Shown here: positions 11,408 to 20,941 of the stretch, one piece after another
How the letters are laid out: the number at the start of each line of letters is the position of its first letter
Position numbering within the stretch: the stretch's first letter is position 1
Assembly (NCBI GenBank): GCA_016206785.1
Contig: JACQQV010000048.1
Coordinates: forward strand, 65,889 to 129,888
Origin: Candidatus Omnitrophota bacterium
Lineage (GTDB): Bacteria > Omnitrophota > Gorgyraeia > JACQQV01
Direction of reading: 5' to 3'
DNA length: 64,000 nt
Translations under genes and position numbers: made by a program
Notes under the pieces: generated by a model
The model's database searches: none
What the model was told of the DNA's origin: nothing
The model's input: the letters and a program-made list of their open reading frames with translations, nothing else

Positions 11408-12272
11408 AAAACATTTGACACCGAGACACTTCATTCGTGAAGGAACCCTTCTCCTTGGAAATTCCAGATTGTGTGAAATTCTTTTATCAGAACTTCTGGA
11501 GGTCAATCGCACCGCTCTTTACCTTGACGAACAACCTCTCTCAGAGGAAATTTCCGATCGCTTCTTCGATGGTATCGAAGGTCTCAAGCGGGGAGAACCT
11601 CTCCAGTACCTTATAGGGAAAGCCACCTTTATGGAGGAGACCTTCAGGGTCACCCCCGACTGTTTCATCCCGAGACCCGCTACGGAGACTTTGGTGGAGG
11701 CCTGTTTAGACTATTTTCACGAAGTACAAAGTACAAAGTACAAAGTAAGACCTCTGTTATTTATCGATATCGGAACAGGTTCCGGATGTATTGCAATCTC
11801 TTTGACAAAAAGAGGCATCTTAAGTACAATACTCGCCATTGACCTTCGCCAAGAAGCCCTTCAGGTGGCACAGGGGAACGGGCATCTTCATGGCGTATCT
11901 CAAAGAATTTCATGGCTTTGCGGCGATCTGTTCGAGCCTCTTAAAAAGGGAAAGGTGGAGGCGGATGCAATTCTTTCCAACCCTCCCTATATTCCCACTC
12001 AAGAGATCTCTTTTCTCCCACCCGAAGTCCTTCACGAGCCACGCGTGAGTCTGGACGGCGGGGAAGACGGTCTTCACTTTTACAGGAGGATCGCGGAAGA
12101 AGGCCCCCCTTTTTTAAAAGAAGGGGGAGCCCTTTTTTTGGAAATTGGAGAACACCAAGAGAGACCGGTTAAATCCCTTTTCTTGGAAAAGGGCTTCCGG
12201 TGCCTAGAGGCTCGGAAGGATCTTCAAGAATTTCCGAGGGTGATGGTTTTCCGCAAGGAGAGACATGGATAA
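11397..12272 (+). CDS. prmC: Release factor glutamine methyltransferase
   Basis: EPLQYL, FIPRPATE, DIGTGSG, NPPY, LDGGEDGL; follows prfA; start estimated at GTG 11397. Confidence 0.95.
   Translation: MEVKKHLTPRHFIREGTLLLGNSRLCEILLSELLEVNRTALYLDEQPLSEEISDRFFDGIEGLKRGEPLQYLIGKATFMEETFRVTPDCFIPRPATETLVEACLDYFHEVQSTKYKVRPLLFIDIGTGSGCIAISLTKRGILSTILAIDLRQEALQVAQGNGHLHGVSQRISWLCGDLFEPLKKGKVEADAILSNPPYIPTQEISFLPPEVLHEPRVSLDGGEDGLHFYRRIAEEGPPFLKEGGALFLEIGEHQERPVKSLFLEKGFRCLEARKDLQEFPRVMVFRKERHG
11722..11747 (+). repeat. Heptamer tandem repeat (AAGTACA)x3.7 inside prmC
   Basis: aagtaca aagtaca aagtaca aagta read directly; encodes EVQSTKYKV. Confidence 0.9.
11802..11830 (+). promoter_or_regulatory. 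Internal sigma70 promoter in prmC coding sequence
   Basis: TTGACA-17 bp-TACAAT. Confidence 0.65.
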
Positions 12273-13533
12273 ACTGATCATCGTCGGAGAAAAGAAACTA
12301 AAGGGAACGGTCTCGGTCAAAGGGGCAAAGAATTCTGTTCTCCCGATTTTAGCGGCCACTCTTTTGAGTGAGGAACCCTCCACCCTCAAAAATGTTCCTT
12401 GTTCTCTCAGAGACATTCAGACGATGATGCGGATTCTGAAGTCTCTGGGTGTTTCGATAGAGGCGGATAGCGATACGATCCGCGTGACACCCAAAGGGTA
12501 CGAGGGATGGGAGGCCCCTTATAAGTTTGTAAGCACGATGCGCGCCTCTGTCTGTCTTTTGGGGCCGCTTCTGGCAAAACAGAAAAGAGCACGCGTCTCC
12601 CTTCCGGGAGGATGCGTCATCGGTCCCCGCCCGATCGATCTTCATTTAAAAGGGATTCGGGCGATCGGAGGAGAGATTACCTTAGCACATGGGTATATTC
12701 ATGCCAAGGCGAAGGTCTTGCATGGAACCCATGTCTATCTAGGGGGTTCTTTTGGATCAAGTGTTCTTGCGACGGCCAATGTCCTCATGGCTGCCACGCT
12801 CGCTAAAGGAACAACGATTATAGAAGACGCCTCTTGTGAACCGGAGGTGGTCGATCTTGCCCAGTTTTTGACCAAAATGGGGGCTAAGATTCAAGGAATC
12901 GGTTCGAAGGTGCTTGAAGTGGAGGGAGTGAGATCTCTTCACGGTGCAGAACATGCGATTATTTCGGACCGGATCGAGGCAGGAACCTATCTTTTTGCAG
13001 GAGCGATCACGCGAGGAGATATTACGGTCCGTCATGCGCGGACGGATCACCTCGGGGCGGTAATCGATAAACTTCGAGAGGCGGGTGTTCAAATCACAGA
13101 GGAGAAAGGAGGGATTCGGGTTCAAACGCCAAAATCGCTGCGCCCGATCGATGTGACAACGCTCCCGTATCCCGGTTTCCCGACCGATCTTCAGGCGCAG
13201 GCGACGGCCCTGATGAGTGTCACCGATGGGATTAGCATCATCACGGAAAAGATTTACCCAGACCGATTCATGCATGTGAGTGAAATGGCCCGGATGGGCG
13301 CGCAGATTGTTTTAGAAGGGCCCTCCGCCATTGTGAAGGGGGTCAGACGCTTAAGCGGTGCGCCGGTCATGGCCTCTGATCTTCGGGCCTCGGCGGCTTT
13401 GATTTTAGCGGGTTTGGTGGCCAAGGGGAAAACGGAGGTGGCAAGAATTTATCATCTGGAGAGGGGATACGAGAAGATGGAAGCGAGACTTGCATCCCTC
13501 GGTGCGGAAATTTGGCGAGAAAAGGAGAAATAA
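12265..13533 (+). CDS. murA: UDP-N-acetylglucosamine 1-carboxyvinyltransferase
   Basis: [20 protein letters not shown] (catalytic Cys), [21 protein letters not shown]. Confidence 0.98.
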   Translation: MDKLIIVGEKKLKGTVSVKGAKNSVLPILAATLLSEEPSTLKNVPCSLRDIQTMMRILKSLGVSIEADSDTIRVTPKGYEGWEAPYKFVSTMRASVCLLGPLLAKQKRARVSLPGGCVIGPRPIDLHLKGIRAIGGEITLAHGYIHAKAKVLHGTHVYLGGSFGSSVLATANVLMAATLAKGTTIIEDASCEPEVVDLAQFLTKMGAKIQGIGSKVLEVEGVRSLHGAEHAIISDRIEAGTYLFAGAITRGDITVRHARTDHLGAVIDKLREAGVQITEEKGGIRVQTPKSLRPIDVTTLPYPGFPTDLQAQATALMSVTDGISIITEKIYPDRFMHVSEMARMGAQIVLEGPSAIVKGVRRLSGAPVMASDLRASAALILAGLVAKGKTEVARIYHLERGYEKMEARLASLGAEIWREKEK

Positions 13534-13784
13534 TGCCAACGGTCATACGACTCAAACGTTTAGGAACAAAGAAAAAGCCGCATATGCGGATTGTGGTCTG
13601 CGATTCAAGAGACCCGCGGGATGGCCGCTTTATTGAGGAGGTGGGGTATTACGACCCGAGCTATAATCCTCCCCAAGTTTCTCTTAAAAAAGAGCGGCTC
13701 CTTCATTGGCTTTCGGTGGGGGCGCAGCCTTCTCCAACGGTTAAGAAACTGATCAGGGACCAAGAGCGTTCCTCAATCACTTAA
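13533..13784 (+). CDS. rpsP: 30S ribosomal protein S16
   Basis: [23 protein letters not shown]; ATG overlaps murA stop (TAATG). Confidence 0.97.
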   Translation: MPTVIRLKRLGTKKKPHMRIVVCDSRDPRDGRFIEEVGYYDPSYNPPQVSLKKERLLHWLSVGAQPSPTVKKLIRDQERSSIT

Positions 13785-13785
13785 A

Positions 13786-14469
13786 ATGGTCATTGAAATC
13801 CTTACCCTTTTTCCGAAGATGTTTGAGGGACCCTTGGGAGAATCGATGATGAAAAGGGCCCAGAGAAAAGGGGCTGTGAAAATAAGGGTCGTGGACCTCC
13901 GCCGTTTTTCAAGAGACAAACACAAGAAAACGGACGATCGGCCTTTCGGAGGGGGACCCGGCATGGTCCTTTCCGTCGAACCGATTCATCTCGCCCTTGT
14001 GGCCTTAAAGAAAAGAAGACCGTCCCCTTACGTGATCCTTCTTTCGGCAGGAGGAAAACTTTTTACGCAACGCTCTGCCCGTCGGCTTTCAAAGCAAAAG
14101 CGACTGATTTTTATCTGCGGCCATTATGAGGGGGTTGATGAACGGGTCAAACGGTGGGTGGATGAAGAAATTTCGATCGGAGAATATGTCTTAACCTGCG
14201 GGGAAATTCCTGCGATGGTGATTGTGGATTGCGTCACCCGCCTTCTCCCCGGTGTTTTGGGAGATGCCACTTCTTCTGATTCAGAATCCTTTGAAATCGG
14301 TTTTGTGGAATACCCTCATTATACCCGACCGAGAGTATATCAAGGCATGAAGGTTCCGGGAGTCCTTTTGTCCGGGGATCATGAGAAGATCTCTGAGTGG
14401 CGCATGCAGAAGGCGCTTTTGCGTACGCTCAAGGTTCGTCCAGAACTTTTGAAAGGGAAATTCCGATGA
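13786..14469 (+). CDS. trmD: tRNA (guanine-N1)-methyltransferase
   Basis: [37 protein letters not shown]. Confidence 0.98.
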   Translation: MVIEILTLFPKMFEGPLGESMMKRAQRKGAVKIRVVDLRRFSRDKHKKTDDRPFGGGPGMVLSVEPIHLALVALKKRRPSPYVILLSAGGKLFTQRSARRLSKQKRLIFICGHYEGVDERVKRWVDEEISIGEYVLTCGEIPAMVIVDCVTRLLPGVLGDATSSDSESFEIGFVEYPHYTRPRVYQGMKVPGVLLSGDHEKISEWRMQKALLRTLKVRPELLKGKFR

Positions 14470-14840
14470 ATAAAATCCAGCTCTCTGAAGTAAAGCACCT
14501 TAAAAAAGAGGTTCCAGAATTCTCTGTAGGAGACACCCTGAAGATACAGGTGAAGATCGTCGAAGGAGATAAAACGAGACTCCAGGCCTTTGAGGGATTG
14601 GTGATTTCCCGAAAAGGCGTCGGTATCCGGGAGTCTTTTACACTCCGACGCATCTCCTACGGAGAGGGAGTCGAAAGGACCTTTCCGCTTCATTCCCCCT
14701 TTGTCGAAAAGATTGAAGTCGTAAAAAGAGGAAAGGCGAAACGGGCCAAGCTTTATTATCTTCGCAAAAAGATCGGAAAGAGATCGAAGATTGAGGAAAA
14801 AGAAGAAGCGAAGATTGAAGAGACGAGTCCCTCCACGTAG
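14466..14840 (+). CDS. rplS: 50S ribosomal protein L19
   Basis: [30 protein letters not shown]. Confidence 0.97.
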   Translation: MNKIQLSEVKHLKKEVPEFSVGDTLKIQVKIVEGDKTRLQAFEGLVISRKGVGIRESFTLRRISYGEGVERTFPLHSPFVEKIEVVKRGKAKRAKLYYLRKKIGKRSKIEEKEEAKIEETSPST

Positions 14841-15459
14841 ACTTCTCTATTTTGAAGAAAAAGCGGCACGGCAGGGGTTCCGTTCGATCTGTGGTCTGGA
14901 CGAAGCGGGTCGGGGGCCATTGGCGGGTCCCGTTGTCGCCTCCGCGGTCATCTTAAAAGAGAGGCATTTTAAAGAAAGGATCGATGATTCCAAACGCCTC
15001 ACGGCACGACAGAGAGAGCGTGCCTTTGAGGAGATCCTTCACAAGGCGTGGGTTGGCATAGGCCAAGTCGACATCGATCTCATTGATCGGTTGAACATCT
15101 TTCAGGCAAGCCGTCTGGCCATGGAGCGGGCTCTTGCGGTGCTCAAGGTTAAACCAGATTTTCTTTTGATCGATGGAAGGGTCCCTGTCCAGACGGATCA
15201 GGAGCGGTGGACTCTGATTCATGGGGATGGAAGGTCCCTTTCCATCGCCTGTGCTTCGATTGTGGCCAAAGTGAGCCGGGACCGTTTAATGATGGCGTAC
15301 GATGAGCAATACCCCCAGTATGGATTCCTGCGGCATAAGGGGTATGCAACCGTCGAGCACCTGGGGGCCCTCCGAAGACACGGTCCCTCGCCGATCCATC
15401 GGAAAAGTTTTCGACCTGTGTGGTTAGCCCAGGGTGGACTTCATGCTGACATCGATTGA
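14791..15459 (+). CDS. rnhB: Ribonuclease HII
   Basis: [33 protein letters not shown]; start may be TTG 14815. Confidence 0.96.
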   Translation: MRKKKKRRLKRRVPPRRLLYFEEKAARQGFRSICGLDEAGRGPLAGPVVASAVILKERHFKERIDDSKRLTARQRERAFEEILHKAWVGIGQVDIDLIDRLNIFQASRLAMERALAVLKVKPDFLLIDGRVPVQTDQERWTLIHGDGRSLSIACASIVAKVSRDRLMMAYDEQYPQYGFLRHKGYATVEHLGALRRHGPSPIHRKSFRPVWLAQGGLHADID

Positions 15460-17098
15460 GATCGCCCAGAAAAGCCATCCCCTTCAGATCACCGAAATTG
15501 CCAAACGGGTGGGCCTCCGCCTCGAAGAAATCGAAACCCACGGCCCCCACAAAGCCAAGGTCTCCCTTGATGTTTTAACCCGCCTTAAGGAGAGACCGAA
15601 CGGTAAACTGATCCTCGTCACCGCCATGACCCCCACCAAGCAGGGGGAAGGAAAGACCTGCACCTCTATTGCACTCACCCAGGCACTCGGGAAACTTGGA
15701 AAGCGTTCCATGGTCTGTATTCGACAGCCTTCGCTCGGTCCCACCTTTGGTGTGAAAGGGGGAGGGACGGGCGGAGGGTATGCGCAACTTCTACCGATGG
15801 AGGACATCAACCTCCATTTTACTGGCGATATCCATGCCGTCGAGTATGCGCATAATCTTCTGGCGAGTATCATTGGAAATCATATCTTTCGGGGCAATGC
15901 CCTCGGTTTCGATACCGAGCGGATCCTTTGGAGGCGTGTGATTGATGTCCCGGACCGGGAACTCCGATCTTTTTTTGTCGAAGTGAAAGAGGATGGGAAA
16001 AAGGTCAAACGGGTGACCGGTTTTGACATCACCGCCTCAAGTGAGATGATGGCGATTTTGGCCCTTGCGAAAGATTTGAAAGACCTCTCCCAACGTCTCT
16101 CCCGCATCGTCGTCGGTTTTACCCGTTCCGGAAAACCGGTCACTGTCGCAGACCTTAAGCTTCAAGGGAGCCTCACGCTTATTTTGCGGGATGCCTCCCG
16201 TCCGAATCTCGTCCAGACGTTGGAGGGTCAGGGGGCCTTTGTCCATGCAGGTCCCTACGCGAATGTTGCCCATGGGAATTCAAGTGTCATCGCAACCCAA
16301 ATGGCGCTTAAACTGGTGGGTTACGTGGTGACTGAAAGCGGTTTCGGCTCGGATCTCGGCCTCGAAAAGTTTTTCAATATCGTCTGTCGTCAGACCCAGT
16401 TTAAACCGGACTGTGTGGTGCTTGTCTGCTCCGTGAAGGCGCTCCGGATCCAGGGAGGCGATGAAAAAGACGAGACCGCTTCTTTAAAGGAGGGCCTCTT
16501 TAATCTCAAGCGGCACATTGAGAATATTCAGAAATTCGGTCTAAAACCGGTTGTCTGCATCAACCGGTATGAGGAGGACAAAGAATGGGAATTGGAAGAG
16601 GTGATCGCCTATGTCCGGTATATTGGTAGCCCGGTGGCGCTCTCCGAAGGGTATACGAAAGGCTCCAAGGGGGCGATCGATCTTGCGGAGAAGGTCCTTG
16701 CGACCATTCAGGAGGATGGAAACCGCTTTCATCTCCTTTACCCCTCCACACTCTCCATTCGGGAAAAGATTGAGACGATTGCAAAAGAACTCTACGGCGC
16801 AAAAGGGGTCAAGTTCTCTCCTCAGGCGGAGGAGTCTTTGAAGCATCTGGTGGAACTTGGATATTCGGAGTTGCCGATCAACATGGCGAAAACGCACCTC
16901 TCCTTTACCGACGATCCGAGGGTGAAAGGGACGCCGACGGGGTGGACGTTGCATGTTCAAGATCTCCGACTCGCTGCAGGGGCCGGCTTCATTAACTGTA
17001 TTGTAGGTCATATGCTCCTCCTCCCGGGTCTTCCCGAACATCCGATCGCCCAGAACATCACGATGGATGAGGCGGGAAAGATTAGAGGGCTTTTCTAA
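15443..17098 (+). CDS. fhs: Formate--tetrahydrofolate ligase
   Basis: TAMTPTKQGEGKT, PSLGPTFGVKGG, INLHFTGDIHA, GPYANVAHG, TESGFGSDLG. Confidence 0.96.
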   Translation: MLTSIEIAQKSHPLQITEIAKRVGLRLEEIETHGPHKAKVSLDVLTRLKERPNGKLILVTAMTPTKQGEGKTCTSIALTQALGKLGKRSMVCIRQPSLGPTFGVKGGGTGGGYAQLLPMEDINLHFTGDIHAVEYAHNLLASIIGNHIFRGNALGFDTERILWRRVIDVPDRELRSFFVEVKEDGKKVKRVTGFDITASSEMMAILALAKDLKDLSQRLSRIVVGFTRSGKPVTVADLKLQGSLTLILRDASRPNLVQTLEGQGAFVHAGPYANVAHGNSSVIATQMALKLVGYVVTESGFGSDLGLEKFFNIVCRQTQFKPDCVVLVCSVKALRIQGGDEKDETASLKEGLFNLKRHIENIQKFGLKPVVCINRYEEDKEWELEEVIAYVRYIGSPVALSEGYTKGSKGAIDLAEKVLATIQEDGNRFHLLYPSTLSIREKIETIAKELYGAKGVKFSPQAEESLKHLVELGYSELPINMAKTHLSFTDDPRVKGTPTGWTLHVQDLRLAAGAGFINCIVGHMLLLPGLPEHPIAQNITMDEAGKIRGLF

Positions 17099-17100
17099 AG

Positions 17101-17706
17101 ATGAAGTATCTCGACAAAAAGGTCTCTGAATTTTTGGATGATCTCGGGTCGCGTTCCCCGGTCCCAGGCGGCGGGAGTGCCGCAGCCCTTGTGGGGGCAT
17201 TGGGGGCATCGCTTCTTTCCATGGTCACTCATTTTACGTTGGGAAAAAAGGGATACGAAAAGGTCGACAAAGAGATGAAGAAACTTCTGTTTGAATCGTA
17301 TCGACTCCGGGAGCGGTTAGGCCGTCTCGTCGATGAAGACATCGAGCGATACCTCGAAGTCACCCGCGCCCAGCGCCTCTTCAAACGTCTTACGAAAAAG
17401 GAATCCAAGAAGAAGGTCCTTGAAGAGCCGCTTCGGAAGGCCCTCGCCAGTTCTCTTGCGATCTGCAAGGTTTCCCATCAGGGACTTCTTCTCTCCAAGC
17501 AATTGGCGCAAAAAGGGAACCGGGGACTTTTGAGCGATGCCAAGATCGCTTCTCTCTTTTTCTTTTCAAGTTTTCATGCGGCCTATTTCACCAGTTTTGC
17601 GAATGCCCGTTCGTTGGATAAAAAGATTTTTTTGAAAACAAAAAGAATCCTCTCTCCCCTTAAAAATTCGGCGCAGAGAGAAATCAAAGGGATGTTAAGC
17701 AATTGA
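17101..17706 (+). CDS. fchA: Formiminotransferase-cyclodeaminase / methenyl-THF cyclohydrolase (FchA type)
   Basis: FLDDLGSRSPVPGGGSAAA and KGNRGLLSD motifs; lies between fhs and folD. Confidence 0.85.
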   Translation: MKYLDKKVSEFLDDLGSRSPVPGGGSAAALVGALGASLLSMVTHFTLGKKGYEKVDKEMKKLLFESYRLRERLGRLVDEDIERYLEVTRAQRLFKRLTKKESKKKVLEEPLRKALASSLAICKVSHQGLLLSKQLAQKGNRGLLSDAKIASLFFFSSFHAAYFTSFANARSLDKKIFLKTKRILSPLKNSAQREIKGMLSN

Positions 17707-18575
17707 GCGCCACACTTCTTAAGGGGGGTCCCTTGGCACTCCGCATCCTTGGCTCTCTGAGGGGAGAGGTCGCAAGGCTCCGGAAGAAGTACGGAAAGGT
17801 ACCTTCTCTTGCGAATATCCGGATCGGGGAGAACTATTCCGTTTCTCTTTATGAGAAAGCACAGAAGAAACGTGCAGAAGATATCGGTGTTGAATATCGG
17901 GGATACCACCTCGGTGAAGGGGCCACCCAGGACCAGATGGAACGGCTCATTCAGCGGCTCAATCGCGACCGGTCGATCACCGGGATCCTCGTTCAAGTCC
18001 CCCTTCCGAAACAACTCGACCCTAAGCGGACCATCTATGCGATCGACCCGAAAAAAGATGTCGAAGGGATTCATCCTGAGAATCTGGGGGAGGGGATCCT
18101 TGGCAAAGAGGAATACGGCTCTTGTACCGCCATCGCCATTATGGAGCTGCTCAAGTCCTATCGTCTGAATCTCTACGGAAAGGAGGCGGTCATTGTCGGT
18201 TCCAGTGATGTGGTGGGTAAACCGACAAGCCTCATGCTGGTCGACTCTTTTGCCACAACCACCATCTGTCACGTTGCGACCACCGAAAGGGGAAACCTTG
18301 AACATCATGTTCGACGGGCTGAGATCCTGGTGGTGGCCGTCGGGAAGCCCCATCTCATTAAAGGAAACTGGGTTCAAAAAGGGGCGGTTGTCGTTGATGT
18401 GGGGATCAATCAATTCCATGGACGCCTGGTAGGGGATGTGGAATTTGACCAGGCAAAAGGGAGGGCTTCCTATATCACACCGGTTCCCGGGGGAGTGGGT
18501 CCTCTGGTCCCGGCGATTTTGATGAGGAAATTGGTGACGAACTTCCGGAGGCGTCTGGAAAATCATGAGCTTTGA
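17703..18575 (+). CDS. folD: Methylene-THF dehydrogenase (FolD family)
   Basis: GILVQVPLP, KDVEG, VVGKP, VVDVGIN, TPVPGGVGP. Confidence 0.95.
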   Translation: MSATLLKGGPLALRILGSLRGEVARLRKKYGKVPSLANIRIGENYSVSLYEKAQKKRAEDIGVEYRGYHLGEGATQDQMERLIQRLNRDRSITGILVQVPLPKQLDPKRTIYAIDPKKDVEGIHPENLGEGILGKEEYGSCTAIAIMELLKSYRLNLYGKEAVIVGSSDVVGKPTSLMLVDSFATTTICHVATTERGNLEHHVRRAEILVVAVGKPHLIKGNWVQKGAVVVDVGINQFHGRLVGDVEFDQAKGRASYITPVPGGVGPLVPAILMRKLVTNFRRRLENHEL

Positions 18576-19434
18576 AGAAGCGTTAAAGACAAAAAAGTTT
18601 CTGGTCACAACAGAGTTGGGACCGCCCAAAGGAACTGACCTCACCGACCTTTTGGAGGACGCGGAGCGAATCCGGGGCCGGGTGGACGGGATGAACGTCA
18701 CCGATTGCCAGGGATCTGTCCTCAAAGCCTCTTCCATCGCTGTCTGCGTCAAACTTTTAGAGAAGGGATTGGAGCCGATTCTTCAGGTCTCCTGCGCGGG
18801 CCGCAACCGCCTCGCGTTACAATCCGACCTTCTGGGGGCCTCGATTCTCGGCGTGAGAAACGTCCTGGTACTCACGGGAGACCCTCCTCATATCGGCGAT
18901 CATCCGGAAGCAAAGCCGGTCTTTGACCTCGACTCCATCACCCTCATGAAGATCATTCGCGGATTTGGAGAAGGGGAGGGGAAGGACATGATGGGAAATG
19001 TCTTGAAGGGGAAGGCTCGTTGGTGCATCGCCGCCGCTGCGAATCCAGGTGCCAAGGATCTAAAGGTTGAGTTCGAAAAAACAAAAGCAAAAGTAGAGGC
19101 GGGCGCGAGCTTCTTTCAGACGCAGGCGGTCTTTGAGCCGGATCTGTTCAGACACTTTATGGAACTGATCGCCCCGCTCAAAGTAACCCTTCTCTGCGGC
19201 ATTATTCAACTGAAGTCCGTGAAGATGGCGGAACATTTGAACAAGATCCCTGGGATTCATGTTCCCGATCCTTTGATGGAGGAGATTGATAAGGCAGAGG
19301 ATAAGCGGAAAAAATCGATTGAGATCACCGCGCGGCTCGTCAGAGCAGTTAAGCCCTACTGTCGTGGTGTCCATATCATGTGTATCGGAGGGCTCCGCGA
19401 TCTGCCTGCGATTCTGGACGAGGCGGGATTGTAG
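18565..19434 (+). CDS. metF: Methylenetetrahydrofolate reductase
   Basis: ELGPPKG, NVTD, RNRLALQSDLLGA, TGD, GASFFQTQ, GVHIM. Confidence 0.92.
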   Translation: MSFEEALKTKKFLVTTELGPPKGTDLTDLLEDAERIRGRVDGMNVTDCQGSVLKASSIAVCVKLLEKGLEPILQVSCAGRNRLALQSDLLGASILGVRNVLVLTGDPPHIGDHPEAKPVFDLDSITLMKIIRGFGEGEGKDMMGNVLKGKARWCIAAAANPGAKDLKVEFEKTKAKVEAGASFFQTQAVFEPDLFRHFMELIAPLKVTLLCGIIQLKSVKMAEHLNKIPGIHVPDPLMEEIDKAEDKRKKSIEITARLVRAVKPYCRGVHIMCIGGLRDLPAILDEAGL

Positions 19435-19447
19435 CATCTGAGAAAAA

Positions 19448-20560
19448 ATGCATATGCAAATGACTGAACAGATAAAAAAGACACCTCTTTATGATAGGCA
19501 CATGCGGCTCGGGGCGAAGATGGTCGAGTTCGGCGGGTTCCTCATGCCGATTCAGTATACGAATATTACGGAAGAACACCTGGCGACCCGAACTCATGCA
19601 GGGCTTTTTGATATTTCGCATATGGGGGAACTCCTTGTCACCGGAAAAAATGCGGAGGATTTCCTTTCGAGACTTCTCACAGGAGAAGTTCGTTCACTCG
19701 CTGACGGGAAGACCCTTTATACGCTCCTTTGCAATGAAAGAGGGGGCATTGTCGACGATCTCATGGTCTACCGGATGAGTCGGGAACGGTGGATGCTTGT
19801 GGTGAATGCGGCGAATATCCAGAAGGATTATCGCTGGCTGAAAGCGCATCTTCGTGGGAGTGACGTCCAGTTGGCAGACTTAAGTTCTGCGATCGCCCTC
19901 GTTGCCCTGCAGGGACCTCAAGCAGAGCCGATGCTCAGGAAGAGCCCCTACCCACAGGCTTCCGATCTTAAGCGAAACAGTTTTCTTGAGTGTGAAGCAA
20001 ACGGAGAAAAAATTTTGATTTCACGGACAGGGTACACGGGAGAAGATGGCTTTGAGATTTACGTCTCATCCCAATTCTCTATCGAAGTTTGGGAGACCCT
20101 TCTCTTGATCGGGGAAGGATCCGGATTAAAGCCGGTAGGTCTTGCCGCAAGAGATACCCTTCGCCTCGAGAGCTGTCTTCCTTTATATGGACATGAACTG
20201 GACGATGAGACGACCCCCTATGAAGCGGGACTCGACTGGACTGTCTCATTGGGGAAGAGCGATTTTATCGGGAAGGACTCTCTCCTTCAACAAAAAAAGG
20301 AAGGAACAAAGCGCAGACTCATCGGATTTGAGATGCTCGAACAGGGAATTCCAAGACAGGGATGTGTCATTTGGAAAGAGCAGGGGATTGGCAAAGTGAC
20401 AAGCGGCACCCATTCGCCTTTTCTTCAAAAGACAATCGGACTCGGCTACGTCCCCCCCGCAGCCTCAGAGACCGGGACGGCACTCTTTGTTGAAATCCGG
20501 GAGAAAAAATTACGGGCGAAGGTGGTCGGAACCCCGTTTTACAAAAGGAGTCGTTCATGA
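19448..20560 (+). CDS. gcvT: Glycine cleavage system aminomethyltransferase T
   Basis: KTPLY, FDISHMG, RTGYTGEDGFE, ARDTLRLE, LYGHE. Confidence 0.97.
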   Translation: MHMQMTEQIKKTPLYDRHMRLGAKMVEFGGFLMPIQYTNITEEHLATRTHAGLFDISHMGELLVTGKNAEDFLSRLLTGEVRSLADGKTLYTLLCNERGGIVDDLMVYRMSRERWMLVVNAANIQKDYRWLKAHLRGSDVQLADLSSAIALVALQGPQAEPMLRKSPYPQASDLKRNSFLECEANGEKILISRTGYTGEDGFEIYVSSQFSIEVWETLLLIGEGSGLKPVGLAARDTLRLESCLPLYGHELDDETTPYEAGLDWTVSLGKSDFIGKDSLLQQKKEGTKRRLIGFEMLEQGIPRQGCVIWKEQGIGKVTSGTHSPFLQKTIGLGYVPPAASETGTALFVEIREKKLRAKVVGTPFYKRSRS

Positions 20561-20937
20561 ATATTCCTGAAGGGCTTTTCTATACCAAGACCCATGAGTG
20601 GGCAAGGCGAGACGGTCGGGAAACGTGCGTTGGGATTACAGACCACGCCCAGTCGGAACTCTCGGATGTGGTATTCATTGAACTTCCCAAAGCGGGGAGA
20701 CTCGTAAAACAGGAAGACCCCACCGCGGTCATCGAGAGTGTCAAGGCGGCCTATGATATCTTTGCCCCGGTGTCGGGAAAGGTCATCCGGGTGAATCCAG
20801 AGATTGAAAAAGATCCTGCCCTTGTAAACAAAGACCCCTATGGAAAGGGATGGCTTTTTGTGATCGAGGGCGCCGAGGAGGGAGACTTTAAGCATCTCAT
20901 GGACAAAGGGAGTTACGAAGTTTTCCTTAAAAGGTAA
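20557..20937 (+). CDS. gcvH: Glycine cleavage system H protein
   Basis: HEW, GITDHAQ, lipoyl motif IESVKAA, DPYGKGW. Confidence 0.97.
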   Translation: MNIPEGLFYTKTHEWARRDGRETCVGITDHAQSELSDVVFIELPKAGRLVKQEDPTAVIESVKAAYDIFAPVSGKVIRVNPEIEKDPALVNKDPYGKGWLFVIEGAEEGDFKHLMDKGSYEVFLKR

Positions 20938-20941
20938 TTTC

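Noticed and set aside
17583-18752. Long antisense or alternate-frame ORFs (e.g. 389 aa here, 304 aa at 20927-21841, 322 aa at 53372-54340, 272 aa at 59176-59994)
   Set aside because: They shadow well-conserved plus-strand genes and carry no recognisable motifs.
19434-19460. Glycine riboswitch before gcvT
   Set aside because: Only 13 nt separate metF and gcvT.
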